From contig JAVBPW010000001.1 in NCBI GenBank assembly GCA_031549385.1, forward strand, positions 192,001-256,000: a stretch of 64,000 nucleotides of DNA, given 5' to 3'. Source of the stretch: Alphaproteobacteria bacterium (GTDB taxonomy: Bacteria > Pseudomonadota > Alphaproteobacteria > Rs-D84 > SZUA-605). Made by a program: the position numbers and the translations under genes. This document shows, one piece after another, positions 21,195 to 31,031 of this stretch. Each line of letters begins with the position of its first letter. Position 1 is the first letter of the stretch. Below the pieces are notes generated by a model. The model saw only the letters and a list, made by a program, of their open reading frames with translations. It did not search any database and was not told where the DNA came from.

Positions 21195-21653
21195 CTATTC
21201 TTCCTTTGGTTCAATATGGATAGCACTTACAATTGCTTGAGCTGCTACTCTATCACCTACTTTTGCAACAGCGCTATATTTCCATATATTTCTTCTTTTT
21301 TGAATTTTTTCAACATATATTTCTACTGTATCACCTGGTAAAACTTGGCTTCTGAATTTTGCGCTTTCAATTGATGTAAATAACATCAAAGCACCTTTGC
21401 TTTTTACTGCATGACAACCAACAATTCCTGCTGATTGAGCCATAGCTTCAATTACTAATACTCCTGGGCAAATTGGATTGCCTGGGAAGTGTCCTTTAAA
21501 GAAGTATTCATCACCTGTTAGTTTCCATATACCAACACCTCTTTCTTCACCTTCAACATCGCGCATTTCTGTGATAAATAAAAAGGGATCTCTGTGAGGG
21601 AGATAATTTTTTATTTGTTCTAGCCCTATGTTTTCTTTTATAACTTCAGTCAT
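21195..21653 (-). CDS. fabZ: 3-hydroxyacyl-ACP dehydratase
   Basis: LPHRDPFL, FFKGHFP.NP..PGVL.IEAMAQ, AKFR..V.PGD. Confidence 0.96.
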   Translation of the reverse strand: MTEVIKENIGLEQIKNYLPHRDPFLFITEMRDVEGEERGVGIWKLTGDEYFFKGHFPGNPICPGVLVIEAMAQSAGIVGCHAVKSKGALMLFTSIESAKFRSQVLPGDTVEIYVEKIQKRRNIWKYSAVAKVGDRVAAQAIVSAIHIEPKEE

Positions 21654-21657
21654 TGTT

Positions 21658-22701
21658 TTACTTTCCTTGTTTAATAAATTGACGTGTTAATGCTGTTAAT
21701 TTGAAAAAATCTCTTACATTTATTCCTGGTGAACCCATTATTTTTGAATGAGGAGCTACATCTGCCATTATACCTGATTGTGCTCCTATTTGAGCAAATG
21801 AACCTACTGTTAAATGTCCACCCAAGCCAGCTTGGCCTCCACATATCACAAAATCACCAAGAATTGTATTTCCTGCTAATCCTACTTGCCCACATAGTAA
21901 ACAATGTTTTCCTATTACACAACCATGACCTACCATTACAAGGTCGTCTATTTTTGTACCTTGGCCTACAAATGTATCGTCTAATGCACCTCTGTCAACA
22001 CATGAACCTGCACCAACTTCTACATCATCTTCTAATATTACTCTTCCAATTTGAGGCACATATTTATGCCCTTGTTCATTTGATTCATAACCAAAGCCTG
22101 CTGCACCTATTTGACATAATCTGCTAAATACACAATTATTTCCAATAATTGCATGAGAAATTACTACAAGTGATTCTATTTTAACATTATCGCCAATTAT
22201 GCAATCTGATTTAATTACAGAATTTGCTTGAATTATTGTATTTGAACCAATTTCTACATTATCTTCAATGACTACATTCTCACCAATAAATACTTTTGAT
22301 TTATCTTTAAATTTTACTGATGGTGATATTTTTGCAGATGAAGCAATTGAGTATTCTGTTTCTTCTTTATACATTACTTCCAATGCTTTTAAAAATGCTT
22401 GTTTAGGATGTGAAGTTATTAATCCTGTTACATTCTTTGGTAAGTATTCTAAATCACTTTCTTTTACAAAAACAGCTAATGCTTTTGTGTTGTCTAAATC
22501 AACTTTTATTGTTGATATGAATTTTTGAACGAATCTTCCAACTTCAAAAAAACTTATATCGCTTTTTGTGGCACTTTTTAATGATGCGCAACCTGTTACA
22601 ATTTGAGAACCTGATTTATTATCTGTTAAATTAGCATTACAGAGCTTTGAAAGCTCTGTTAATGTAATTGTCTCAATTGTAAAGAATCTTTTGTCAGACA
22701 T
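21658..22701 (-). CDS. lpxD: UDP-3-O-acylglucosamine N-acyltransferase
   Basis: Hexapeptide repeats, [33 protein letters not shown]. Confidence 0.95.
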   Translation of the reverse strand: MSDKRFFTIETITLTELSKLCNANLTDNKSGSQIVTGCASLKSATKSDISFFEVGRFVQKFISTIKVDLDNTKALAVFVKESDLEYLPKNVTGLITSHPKQAFLKALEVMYKEETEYSIASSAKISPSVKFKDKSKVFIGENVVIEDNVEIGSNTIIQANSVIKSDCIIGDNVKIESLVVISHAIIGNNCVFSRLCQIGAAGFGYESNEQGHKYVPQIGRVILEDDVEVGAGSCVDRGALDDTFVGQGTKIDDLVMVGHGCVIGKHCLLCGQVGLAGNTILGDFVICGGQAGLGGHLTVGSFAQIGAQSGIMADVAPHSKIMGSPGINVRDFFKLTALTRQFIKQGK

Positions 22702-23960
22702 TATTTAGAACAACTTTGTAACTTGTTTGATAAATTATTAATATCATCACTTATATTACGGTATGAAGTTTTTCCAAATTCATCCTTCATAGTATATGTG
22801 ATTGATTTCTTTTCGAGATTTTTATGATCAAGAACAGTTCTTAAAATCTTCGCATCTCTTTTAATTCCATATGAGTTTTGACATGCACATTGATTTCTTG
22901 CTTCTTTTACTATATCCCAAGATTTTGATGCTCCGAATATATCTGCTATATCTTGGTCTGAATAAAACATACATAGTTCGCCAGCTTTATAGAAATTATA
23001 ATCATCAATTAAGAATTTATATGTATTATCTTTTCCATATTTTTCTTTCATGATATTTGTTATATATGTTCTGCAACAACTTTCAGATGTTTCTAATATT
23101 CTTTTGTAAGCATTCTTTGCATATGATAAATTTGGATCTGATAAACATACTGGAGATGGCACTGATGATAGATATGCTAATCCATCTACAATAGCTCCAT
23201 CAACTAATTGACCTTCTCTTTTTGGATTTACTTCGTATGTTACTGGTTTTGTTTCCCATACTTTTTCAAATTTTTCTTTTTCTTGTCTTCTTATTTTAGC
23301 TATAGCTGCATTTTGTTGTTCTTGTTCTGGAGATAAAACAACAACAACTGGTTGTTTTTTTTCTTCAATTTGTTTTAATGGAGACTTAGTTGGTCTTTTT
23401 GTTGCACAACATTTATCTTTTTTATTTTCACAGCAACAATCTTTTGCTTTTGCCTTTGGTTTAGCAGCTGGTTTTGGTTGTGGCTTTGGTTTAGGTTTTG
23501 CTTTATTGCAACAGTCTGGTTTTTTAGGACATGTTGTTTTGCATTCTGTTTTACATTCACAAGCAACAGCTTTTTTTGCAACTGGCTTCTTTTTTGCTGG
23601 AGGTGTTGCTTTTTTCTTTGCAATATCGCAACATGATTTTTTATCAGCACATTTCTTTTGGCATGGTTTTTTATTTCTGTTATCCAAAATTATATATGTG
23701 TCAGCTTTGTTATTACTTTTTAACTTAGGTTCTTCCTTTGTTGTTGTAATAACTTCTGTTGTTTCAATTTCTTTCTTACCACTGTTATCATACTCTTTAG
23801 TTTCTTTTATATCTTCATATGTTTCAACTTTCCCATTTTCAACAGTTCTAATTTCTGTTGCTTCAATATAATGTGAAGAATGACCATATAAATCATATTC
23901 TGGCGGCAAGTCGCAGCCAGATATGATTAGTAAAGAAACTAAAGGTAGATACTTTTTCAT
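22701..23960 (-). CDS. Hypothetical lipoprotein with Lys/Cys/Pro-rich central region
   Basis: Lipobox IISGC at residue 16; CC/CxC clusters among KK-rich repeats; stop codon overlaps the lpxD start. Confidence 0.75.
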   Translation of the reverse strand: MKKYLPLVSLLIISGCDLPPEYDLYGHSSHYIEATEIRTVENGKVETYEDIKETKEYDNSGKKEIETTEVITTTKEEPKLKSNNKADTYIILDNRNKKPCQKKCADKKSCCDIAKKKATPPAKKKPVAKKAVACECKTECKTTCPKKPDCCNKAKPKPKPQPKPAAKPKAKAKDCCCENKKDKCCATKRPTKSPLKQIEEKKQPVVVVLSPEQEQQNAAIAKIRRQEKEKFEKVWETKPVTYEVNPKREGQLVDGAIVDGLAYLSSVPSPVCLSDPNLSYAKNAYKRILETSESCCRTYITNIMKEKYGKDNTYKFLIDDYNFYKAGELCMFYSDQDIADIFGASKSWDIVKEARNQCACQNSYGIKRDAKILRTVLDHKNLEKKSITYTMKDEFGKTSYRNISDDINNLSNKLQSCSK

Positions 23961-23965
23961 TTAGA

Positions 23966-24574
23966 TTACATTCCTTTTGGAGTTTTCATTGAAACCTTTT
24001 TTACTTTTTGGTTTAATACTTTGATAACATCATCTGTGATATCAAGAGCTGGATTTAAGCTGATGATTTGTGCAGAATTCAAAATTACTGTAATTTCTTT
24101 TTTCTTTGCAATTGTTTCAATGATATCATTTAAGTATGTTTCTTGAACGTTTTGTAAAGCTTCACGGTAATTGTTTTCAATTGATTGAGCTTTTTCTTGA
24201 ATATCTTTTTGGAAATTCATTACTGATTGTTGGTATTCATTAACTTTCTTTTCAAGAACGTCTTTTGCCAATACAGCTTGTTTTTGTTCAATTTCTTTTT
24301 TTGCTTTGATTAATTCTTCTTCTTTCTTTTTTGCTTCTTTATTCAATTGTTCTGAATATTTTACACGTTGATCTGCAAGAGCTTTCAAAGCATCTGCTGT
24401 TTCATTGATTTTAATCATATTAATTGTTCCAAAATAGATTTGACCAACTGAAGTTACTGATGTTGTATCAATATCTTTGTATGGATCAGCTTTTGGTTTT
24501 AAGATTAAGTATGCACCGGCTACTACAACAGCAACTGCAATTATACCTGCGATTATTTTTGCATTTTTAGACAT
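23966..24574 (-). CDS. skp: OmpH/Skp family periplasmic chaperone
   Basis: N-terminal anchor, long helical hairpin, C-terminal DITDDVIKVLN; upstream of lpxD. Confidence 0.85.
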   Translation of the reverse strand: MSKNAKIIAGIIAVAVVVAGAYLILKPKADPYKDIDTTSVTSVGQIYFGTINMIKINETADALKALADQRVKYSEQLNKEAKKKEEELIKAKKEIEQKQAVLAKDVLEKKVNEYQQSVMNFQKDIQEKAQSIENNYREALQNVQETYLNDIIETIAKKKEITVILNSAQIISLNPALDITDDVIKVLNQKVKKVSMKTPKGM

Positions 24575-24743
24575 TTAGTTCTCCTTTTAATTTTGTTTTT
24601 TTTATTATCAGATTCTATTCTACAATCTTGTTAAATTAAAATCAATATTTTATTTTTTAACAAAATAAGTTTGATTTTTCTTAACTTTATATAATATAAT
24701 GAATTTATTAATATACAAGAAAAATCTTTTTAAAGGATAATCT

Positions 24744-25157
24744 ATGACAATAAGAAAAATCACAATTGAAGAAAAAAAAGAAATCTTTTTGAAAATCTTA
24801 GAATCGACAGGTACTATTGTTTCTGGTTATGTTGCTAAAAACCAGTTAAACAAAAAAGAGTTAACAGATATTATAAATAGTGTTTATGATACATTAGAAA
24901 ACATATCTTTTAAAACTGTTAGATTGCATACTACTAATGTTGCTCCTGATAAAACTATTACTCCTGATTATATTGTTTGTTTAGAAGATGGAAAAAAGCT
25001 TAAAATGTTAAAAAGATATTTAGCTCGTAAATATGGCATGACACCTGAACAATATAGAAAGAAATGGAACTTAGATGACGATTATCCTATGACTGCTCCA
25101 AATTATACTAAAAAAAGATCTAAACTTGCTAAAAAAACTGGGTTGGGTAAAAAATAA
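24744..25157 (+). CDS. mucR: MucR/Ros family transcriptional regulator
   Basis: IVSGYV..N, ITPDYIVCLEDGKKLKMLKRYL...MTPEQYR.KW.L..DYPM.APNY...RS.LAK..GLG. Confidence 0.96.
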   Translation: MTIRKITIEEKKEIFLKILESTGTIVSGYVAKNQLNKKELTDIINSVYDTLENISFKTVRLHTTNVAPDKTITPDYIVCLEDGKKLKMLKRYLARKYGMTPEQYRKKWNLDDDYPMTAPNYTKKRSKLAKKTGLGKK

Positions 25158-25954
25158 TGATTTTTAATGCTAGTAATTTTAATTCTACTGCTTTTGAAAT
25201 TTTTGGATTTTCTATAAAATGGTATGGACTTGCATATATGCTTGCTTTTATAGGAGCATTGTATCTTATTACATACATAACAAAAAAAGAAAATAATAAA
25301 AAATTTAACAAAAAATTTTGGGATGAATTTTTATTTTATGTTGTTGCTGGAATTGTTATTGGTGGGCGATTAGGATATGTACTCTTTTATAATTTACCAC
25401 ATTATATATATAACCCATTAGATATTCTTGCTGTTTGGAATGGAGGAATGTCTTTTCATGGTGGTGGACTTGGTATGCTTGGAGCAGCTTTATTATTTTC
25501 TAAAAAACAAAAAGTTAGTTTCTGGCAGCTTTCTGATTACTTAATGATTGTTGCTCCTATCGGTCTTTTTTTAGGACGAATTGCAAATTTTGTCAATCAA
25601 GAACTTTATGGAAAATTTACTAATGGAAAATGGGGAGTGATTTTTAATAACGAAGAATTTCCAAGACACCCAACTCAACTTTATGAAGCTTTTTTAGAAG
25701 GTATTGTTTTATTTATAGCTATGCTTTTTTTATATAAGAAAACTAATGTTATGAAAAAACATGGAATGCTAACTGGAATTTTCTTTATATTATATGGTGT
25801 ATTAAGAACTGTTGTAGAATTATTTAGATTACCTGACACTCAACTTGGATATTTATTTGGAACTAATTGGCTTACTATGGGAATGGTTTTATGTTTTGCT
25901 ATGGTATTTGTTGGTTCTGGAATTATTTATTACTCAAATAAAAAACCAGCTTAA
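25157..25954 (+). CDS. lgt: Prolipoprotein diacylglyceryl transferase
   Basis: WYGLAY, GGRLGYVLFY, GGMSFHGG, GRIANF.NQELYG, RHPTQLYE. Confidence 0.97.
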   Translation: MIFNASNFNSTAFEIFGFSIKWYGLAYMLAFIGALYLITYITKKENNKKFNKKFWDEFLFYVVAGIVIGGRLGYVLFYNLPHYIYNPLDILAVWNGGMSFHGGGLGMLGAALLFSKKQKVSFWQLSDYLMIVAPIGLFLGRIANFVNQELYGKFTNGKWGVIFNNEEFPRHPTQLYEAFLEGIVLFIAMLFLYKKTNVMKKHGMLTGIFFILYGVLRTVVELFRLPDTQLGYLFGTNWLTMGMVLCFAMVFVGSGIIYYSNKKPA

Positions 25955-25985
25955 TGCTGGTCTTTAAATTTTAAACTAAATTATA

Positions 25986-27032
25986 TTAGAAATTTCTTCT
26001 GTATCCAACAAATATAGATGTATTAAACATATTATTTGTTCCAATTAAATCTTCTGAAATTTCATTGTTTCCAATACCCCATGTTACTAATCCTAAATTA
26101 GTAAACTTAACACCCATTTCAATTGAAGATGTTTGACCTAATACATAACTTGTTCCTGCAATGATATTCCATGCAAATGATGTTTCAATTTTTGTATATT
26201 CTGGATAGTAACAACTTGAATTCCATTCACCAGTGGAAGCACAACTTGAATACTTAAAGAATGACCCACCTGATGGATCAGACATTTCACCTTCTGGATC
26301 AAGTAGCGTTGTCTTTGTTTGGTTAATAGCAATACCAACTCCTACTCCAACAAAAGGAATAAAATCACCCTTTTTTGCTGTTTCACCTTTTTTATTAAAA
26401 TCATAAATAACATTAAACATAAATGTAGATGAATTAATATCACTTTCTACAGCTGTTGTAAGATTATTATCTATATTTGCTTCATAAGCACCATCTGATG
26501 CGTCTTGCATATAACCTTTTAAGAAAGGTGATGATTTATATTTTAAATTAAGATATTGAGCAGCTTCAACTTCAATTCTTATATTTGAATCTTGTTTTAC
26601 ACGTCCTCCAAATGCAAAAGAAAAATATCCCACATAAGTTTTTAAATCTTCACCTATTTCCCAATCATGGAAATTAGCAATTGAAGGATTAAGACTTATC
26701 AATTCACCTTCTGCAGGAGCATTATCATCAGTTCCTGGAGGGTTTTGGTATCTTGGACCATAGAACACTCTTTGAGCACCTGGAGTTGTTGCACAATCTA
26801 GAGCACTTGATGTACCTTCTCCACAACGCCATACTTCATCATAATAAACTTGCATACGATTAATTTCATTACTTGGAGAATTCATAAAATATGCAAAACC
26901 ACCTCGGATAGCTATATAAATAAATCCACCTTCACCCTTATTTGGTGTACCAAATGTACGAAGACCAGCTTGAGCAAATGCCCCACTGGTTGCAAAAAAA
27001 GCAAGCAAAGCTATTGATAATGATTTCTTCAT
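25986..27032 (-). CDS. Outer-membrane beta-barrel protein (opacity/OmpA-barrel-like) with long loops
   Basis: Signal peptide, RIEVE, MFNVIYDF, PFVGVGVG, FAWNI.AG, terminal GYRRNF. Confidence 0.75.
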   Translation of the reverse strand: MKKSLSIALLAFFATSGAFAQAGLRTFGTPNKGEGGFIYIAIRGGFAYFMNSPSNEINRMQVYYDEVWRCGEGTSSALDCATTPGAQRVFYGPRYQNPPGTDDNAPAEGELISLNPSIANFHDWEIGEDLKTYVGYFSFAFGGRVKQDSNIRIEVEAAQYLNLKYKSSPFLKGYMQDASDGAYEANIDNNLTTAVESDINSSTFMFNVIYDFNKKGETAKKGDFIPFVGVGVGIAINQTKTTLLDPEGEMSDPSGGSFFKYSSCASTGEWNSSCYYPEYTKIETSFAWNIIAGTSYVLGQTSSIEMGVKFTNLGLVTWGIGNNEISEDLIGTNNMFNTSIFVGYRRNF

Positions 27033-27139
27033 TCTTCCCCTTAAAGATACTTCGACTATTATTTTACATCATTTGAAAATTCATTTCAAGATATAATTTT
27101 TATTGCTAATAGTTATTATAATTGCTATAACAACTTCTT

Positions 27140-27826
27140 ATGGAAAAGTATTTAGAAATTTTAAAAAATTATAAATCTGATAGCGTTTTTAATCCTTGGG
27201 GACAAAGCGATAAAGAACATGATATAGGTAATGAAGCTCCAAAAATCAGATTTAATAATCTAACTCAATATTTAAAGCAACGTGAGAATGCTAAATATCT
27301 TTTAATTGCAGAAGCTTTAGGATACCAAGGAGGACATTTTTCTGGAATCGCTATGACTTCTGAGAGACAATTATTAAGCGATAACGAAACTATGTTTGAA
27401 AAGATATTTAAAGGTCCTAAACAACGTACTAGTTGTTCTTTGAAGTTATCAAATAAGGGATTAAATAATTTATCTCAAAATGGGTTTGCTGAACCAACTG
27501 GAACTATTGTTTGGAATACACTGTCTTCTCTTATGGGAGATACTTATAATTGGATTAATTGGAACACCTATCCTTTTCACCCATATAAATCTGAAGGTAT
27601 TCTTACAAACAGAACTCCATCAAAAAAAGAAGTTGAAGAAGCTGAATATTTTTTATCAGAATTCTTAAAAGCATTTGGAGAAGGTAAAGAAATAATTGCC
27701 ATTGGAAACTATAGCGAATTAGTTTTAACTAAATTAAATAAAAAATTTATCAAAGTTCGCCACCCAGCAAATGGAGGTGCTGGCAAGTTCAAAAACCAAG
27801 TATCAGATTTTTTAAAAAACAAATAA
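27140..27826 (+). CDS. Uracil-DNA glycosylase superfamily protein
   Basis: AEALGYQGGHFSGI.MTSE, EPT.TIVW, WN..PFHP, NRTP, RHPANGG. Confidence 0.85.
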   Translation: MEKYLEILKNYKSDSVFNPWGQSDKEHDIGNEAPKIRFNNLTQYLKQRENAKYLLIAEALGYQGGHFSGIAMTSERQLLSDNETMFEKIFKGPKQRTSCSLKLSNKGLNNLSQNGFAEPTGTIVWNTLSSLMGDTYNWINWNTYPFHPYKSEGILTNRTPSKKEVEEAEYFLSEFLKAFGEGKEIIAIGNYSELVLTKLNKKFIKVRHPANGGAGKFKNQVSDFLKNK

Positions 27827-27856
27827 AAAACCGGCATTTAAGCCGGTTTTATTTTT
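27825..27856. terminator. Bidirectional terminator
   Basis: AAAACCGGC-atttaa-GCCGGTTTT. Confidence 0.78.
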
Positions 27857-27857
27857 A

Positions 27858-30800
27858 TTATTTGTTAGGTAAATCTGGTATTGCCATTGTAGCACCTTCG
27901 TTTACTTTTGTTTGGCTTCCAGCTTTATTTGTCCACCAGCATCCGTAAGAATTTGTCGGCCATCCCATTGTAGCTTCATCACAAGTTAATGTATTGCTTG
28001 ATGTTACTACTTTAGATCTTGATTCATAGTTTTTACCAAAAAGTTTCTTCTTTTTGTATCCACGTGAGTTAACTGTAAAGTTACATGTGTTATTACTCCA
28101 CACTTGTCCTTGTTCAGCACACCATGTTTTATTTGCCTCAATTTTTCTTGCAGCTTCTGCAGCTTGAGCAGCAGCAGCGTCTGCGGCAGCAGCAGCAGCG
28201 TTAGCAGCTGAGTCTTCAGCACTTCCTACTGCTTCTACTAATACTATTCCTGCAACTGATCCTGGAACTGCTTTTTCTGCATCGTATTCTGCTTTTGTTA
28301 AACATGTTTCAACACCTGTTAATGATACACCAGAGAAACGACATCCACAATTTTGTTTTGCTGTGTCAAACATATATCTGTCTGTTCCTTTTGCTAAACA
28401 TTGTGCTTCTGCTGCAGTATCTCCTAATTTTGCTATTCTGTTTCTAATTGGTAACCAAACAGTATCTAGCTTTGGAGTTGATGCTGAAACTGATGATGGA
28501 TATGTTCTTTCTATTGTATAAATAGGAGCTTTTGTTCTTGAGTATGTTCCTACTTCAACTTGCTTTTCAATAACATCCCATTCGCACATTTCAGCAGCAT
28601 CAGCTGTTGCTGAGAATTTAAGTTTATCGATTGTTAAAGTTGTACATCCTACATAACCTTCACCGCAATTTTGCTTCATGTAATCTTCTACTTTCTTCAT
28701 ACATTCTGCATCTGTGTATCCGTATTTTTTAATAATAGAATCTGAGAATGTTTGCCAGATTGCATCAGGATTTGCCGAACGATTTAATTGAGTTACACAT
28801 GAAAGTTTTGCGCTGTCAATTTCTGTTCTGTTTCTGCATTCTGCATAATCAGATCCACAGATTTTATCCATACATGTTGTTAATCCATTATATACTTCTG
28901 AGTCTGATACGTCTGTTAGATTATCATTAATCATAGAGTTGATAATATCATCCCAGATTGCATTTGTGATTTCTGTTGGAGATGATGCCCATGTGTTTGC
29001 ATCTGCATTTTCACCACTGTATGTGCTTGCACATTTATTGATAATATCTCCACAAGCGGTCTTTGCACGATTTTGAACATCTGCTAAGAACTTAGCTTCG
29101 CCTTTTACTGCTACTGTTCCTGCTGTTAAACATTTTCCAAAGTCTGCACCACATTCTTCAGCTACACAAGATCTTGATTGCTTAAAGCATTCTGAACCTG
29201 ATAATTGTGAACGTGATAGAGCTAGTCTTGTAAATGTTGCCCAGAATTCGTCTTTTTGAGTTTGTGTTTTTAATTCTGTACATCTTTCCATTGAGCTTTC
29301 ACAGAATTTTCTTCTGTCGTTTAATGTAGATTGATTGTAACATTGAGCATATCCTTCACCACATACTGCTTCGTTTTGCATACATGAAGCCATATCTGTT
29401 AAACATTGTGAATTGCTTCTTCCTGCACGTGCTATTGCATTGCCTTTGAAAGCTTTCCAAATAACATCTGTTTGTGCGTCTGTTCTTAAACTTTCACTTG
29501 CAACTGCTGGCATGTTTGCACCTTTACATTGAGCAAGTACTGATGAACAATTAATCTTTCTTGCTTCCATAAGTTCATCTGTATAACATTTTTCAAAATT
29601 CTTTCCACATAAAGAATCTTTTTCCATACAGTTATAAAGTTCTGTAGCACATTGTTCTGCATTGTATTTGTTTGAACTTTCTAAATCATATTTAGATGCT
29701 GCCATTTGATATTTGTTATATGCATTTTGTTGAACCACTGTTAATTCTTTTATCTTTGTATCAATTTCTTTTGAATATGCACGGCAATCATTTCCCACTG
29801 ATGTACCATAAGAAGATTCAACTCGTTTACGTGATTCAGTTGGACATAATTCTAATACTGTTGCACAATTTTTGTTTGCATCTTTTAATAATGCATCACC
29901 TTCTTTTCTTACTGTCTTATTTGATACTTCACCAAGATAAAGATCATAGATATCAATACTGTCTAAATCGAATCCATCTTTTTGTGCTACACCTAAACCT
30001 TGTTTGCTTAATTCTTCAACTGTCACTTCTTTTAAAGCTGTTGCAAAATCTTTACCTTCTAAATCAGCTTTCTTTTTTGCAAGTGGTAAATATTCTGTTT
30101 GAGCTGTTAATTGGTTTATTGTTGCAACTATACCTTCTCTTTTTGTTTCTTTTTCATTAAATCCTGACATTGACCCTGAACATAAACATCTTCCCATGAT
30201 AGAATCTTCTGCTGTATCTTTACAGAATGTATCCATACATGTGTAGTATTCTTCACGACATGCTTTTTCATCAGCTAATTGAGCTGCTACTTGTTCTTTT
30301 GTTTTTGTTACTTCTGTTTTTGTTCCATCAATTCCAGCTGCTTTTAACGCATCAGCTACTGATGTTGTTGAAGTAGTAGTTGTAGTTGCTGCTGTTCCTG
30401 CTGTTGCTGCTTTAACTGTTAAATTTGAAACACCTGCACGGCGTGATACTGCTGATCGTGCTTCACTTGTTGTTGCTACAGTTCTTCCAGTTCTTGCGGA
30501 TCTTGCACCTGCTGCTGTTGTACGAGTACCTGTTGCTACTCCTCTTGCTGAACGTGCACCTGCTGCTGATGTTGTTCCTCTTGCTGAACGTGCTGCACCA
30601 GTTGCTGCGGCTGGAGCTGCACCTCTTGCACTTCTTGCACCGGATGTTGTTGCGGCTGGGGCTGCACCTCTTGCACTTCTTGCACCAGATGTTGCTGTTG
30701 GAGTTGCTACTCCTCTTGCACTTCTTGCGCCGGATGTTGCTGTTGGAGTTGCTACTCCTCTTGCTGGAGCTGCTGATCTTGCCTGTCTTGTAGTTGTTAC

Positions 30801-30902
30801 AGTAACTTCTTCTTCAATTATCTCTTCAACTTGGGCGAAAGATAGCGTTGAAATAGGCATTATTGCTAATGAAATTAGGAATATTTTTAATAATTTGTTC
30901 AT
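27858..30902 (-). CDS. Secreted Cys-rich protein with ARSAR repeats (paralogue C, 1014 aa)
   Basis: Signal peptide ending SFA, acidic patch, six RSAR motifs, CREEYYTCMDTFC...GRCLC core, about five Cys modules, C-terminal cap. Confidence 0.9.
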   Translation of the reverse strand: MNKLLKIFLISLAIMPISTLSFAQVEEIIEEEVTVTTTRQARSAAPARGVATPTATSGARSARGVATPTATSGARSARGAAPAATTSGARSARGAAPAAATGAARSARGTTSAAGARSARGVATGTRTTAAGARSARTGRTVATTSEARSAVSRRAGVSNLTVKAATAGTAATTTTTSTTSVADALKAAGIDGTKTEVTKTKEQVAAQLADEKACREEYYTCMDTFCKDTAEDSIMGRCLCSGSMSGFNEKETKREGIVATINQLTAQTEYLPLAKKKADLEGKDFATALKEVTVEELSKQGLGVAQKDGFDLDSIDIYDLYLGEVSNKTVRKEGDALLKDANKNCATVLELCPTESRKRVESSYGTSVGNDCRAYSKEIDTKIKELTVVQQNAYNKYQMAASKYDLESSNKYNAEQCATELYNCMEKDSLCGKNFEKCYTDELMEARKINCSSVLAQCKGANMPAVASESLRTDAQTDVIWKAFKGNAIARAGRSNSQCLTDMASCMQNEAVCGEGYAQCYNQSTLNDRRKFCESSMERCTELKTQTQKDEFWATFTRLALSRSQLSGSECFKQSRSCVAEECGADFGKCLTAGTVAVKGEAKFLADVQNRAKTACGDIINKCASTYSGENADANTWASSPTEITNAIWDDIINSMINDNLTDVSDSEVYNGLTTCMDKICGSDYAECRNRTEIDSAKLSCVTQLNRSANPDAIWQTFSDSIIKKYGYTDAECMKKVEDYMKQNCGEGYVGCTTLTIDKLKFSATADAAEMCEWDVIEKQVEVGTYSRTKAPIYTIERTYPSSVSASTPKLDTVWLPIRNRIAKLGDTAAEAQCLAKGTDRYMFDTAKQNCGCRFSGVSLTGVETCLTKAEYDAEKAVPGSVAGIVLVEAVGSAEDSAANAAAAAADAAAAQAAEAARKIEANKTWCAEQGQVWSNNTCNFTVNSRGYKKKKLFGKNYESRSKVVTSSNTLTCDEATMGWPTNSYGCWWTNKAGSQTKVNEGATMAIPDLPNK
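30600..30765 (-). repeat. 45-bp tandem repeat encoding ARSARG-x9 units
   Basis: CCTCTTGCACTTCTTGC recurs at 30622, 30667 and 30712. Confidence 0.85.
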
Positions 30903-30984
30903 CTCCAGATCCTTTAAAATTTTGTATACTTGGTTATTATATCATAATTTTCATATGTTTAAAAGTGCTTTTTGAAAAATAATA

Positions 30985-31025
30985 AAAAAAATAACCAGAA
31001 TTTCTTCTGGCTATTTTTATTTTTT
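30985..31025 (-). terminator. Terminator after paralogue B
   Basis: AAAAATAACCAGAA-tttc-TTCTGGCTATTTTT. Confidence 0.6.
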
Positions 31026-31031
31026 CATACT

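Noticed and set aside
23375-23871. Several overlapping ORFs within the lipoprotein gene
   Set aside because: Products of the Lys/Cys low-complexity region in other frames
30600-30780. Regularly spaced repeats that superficially resemble a CRISPR array
   Set aside because: In-frame coding repeats with related spacers; no cas genes or leader
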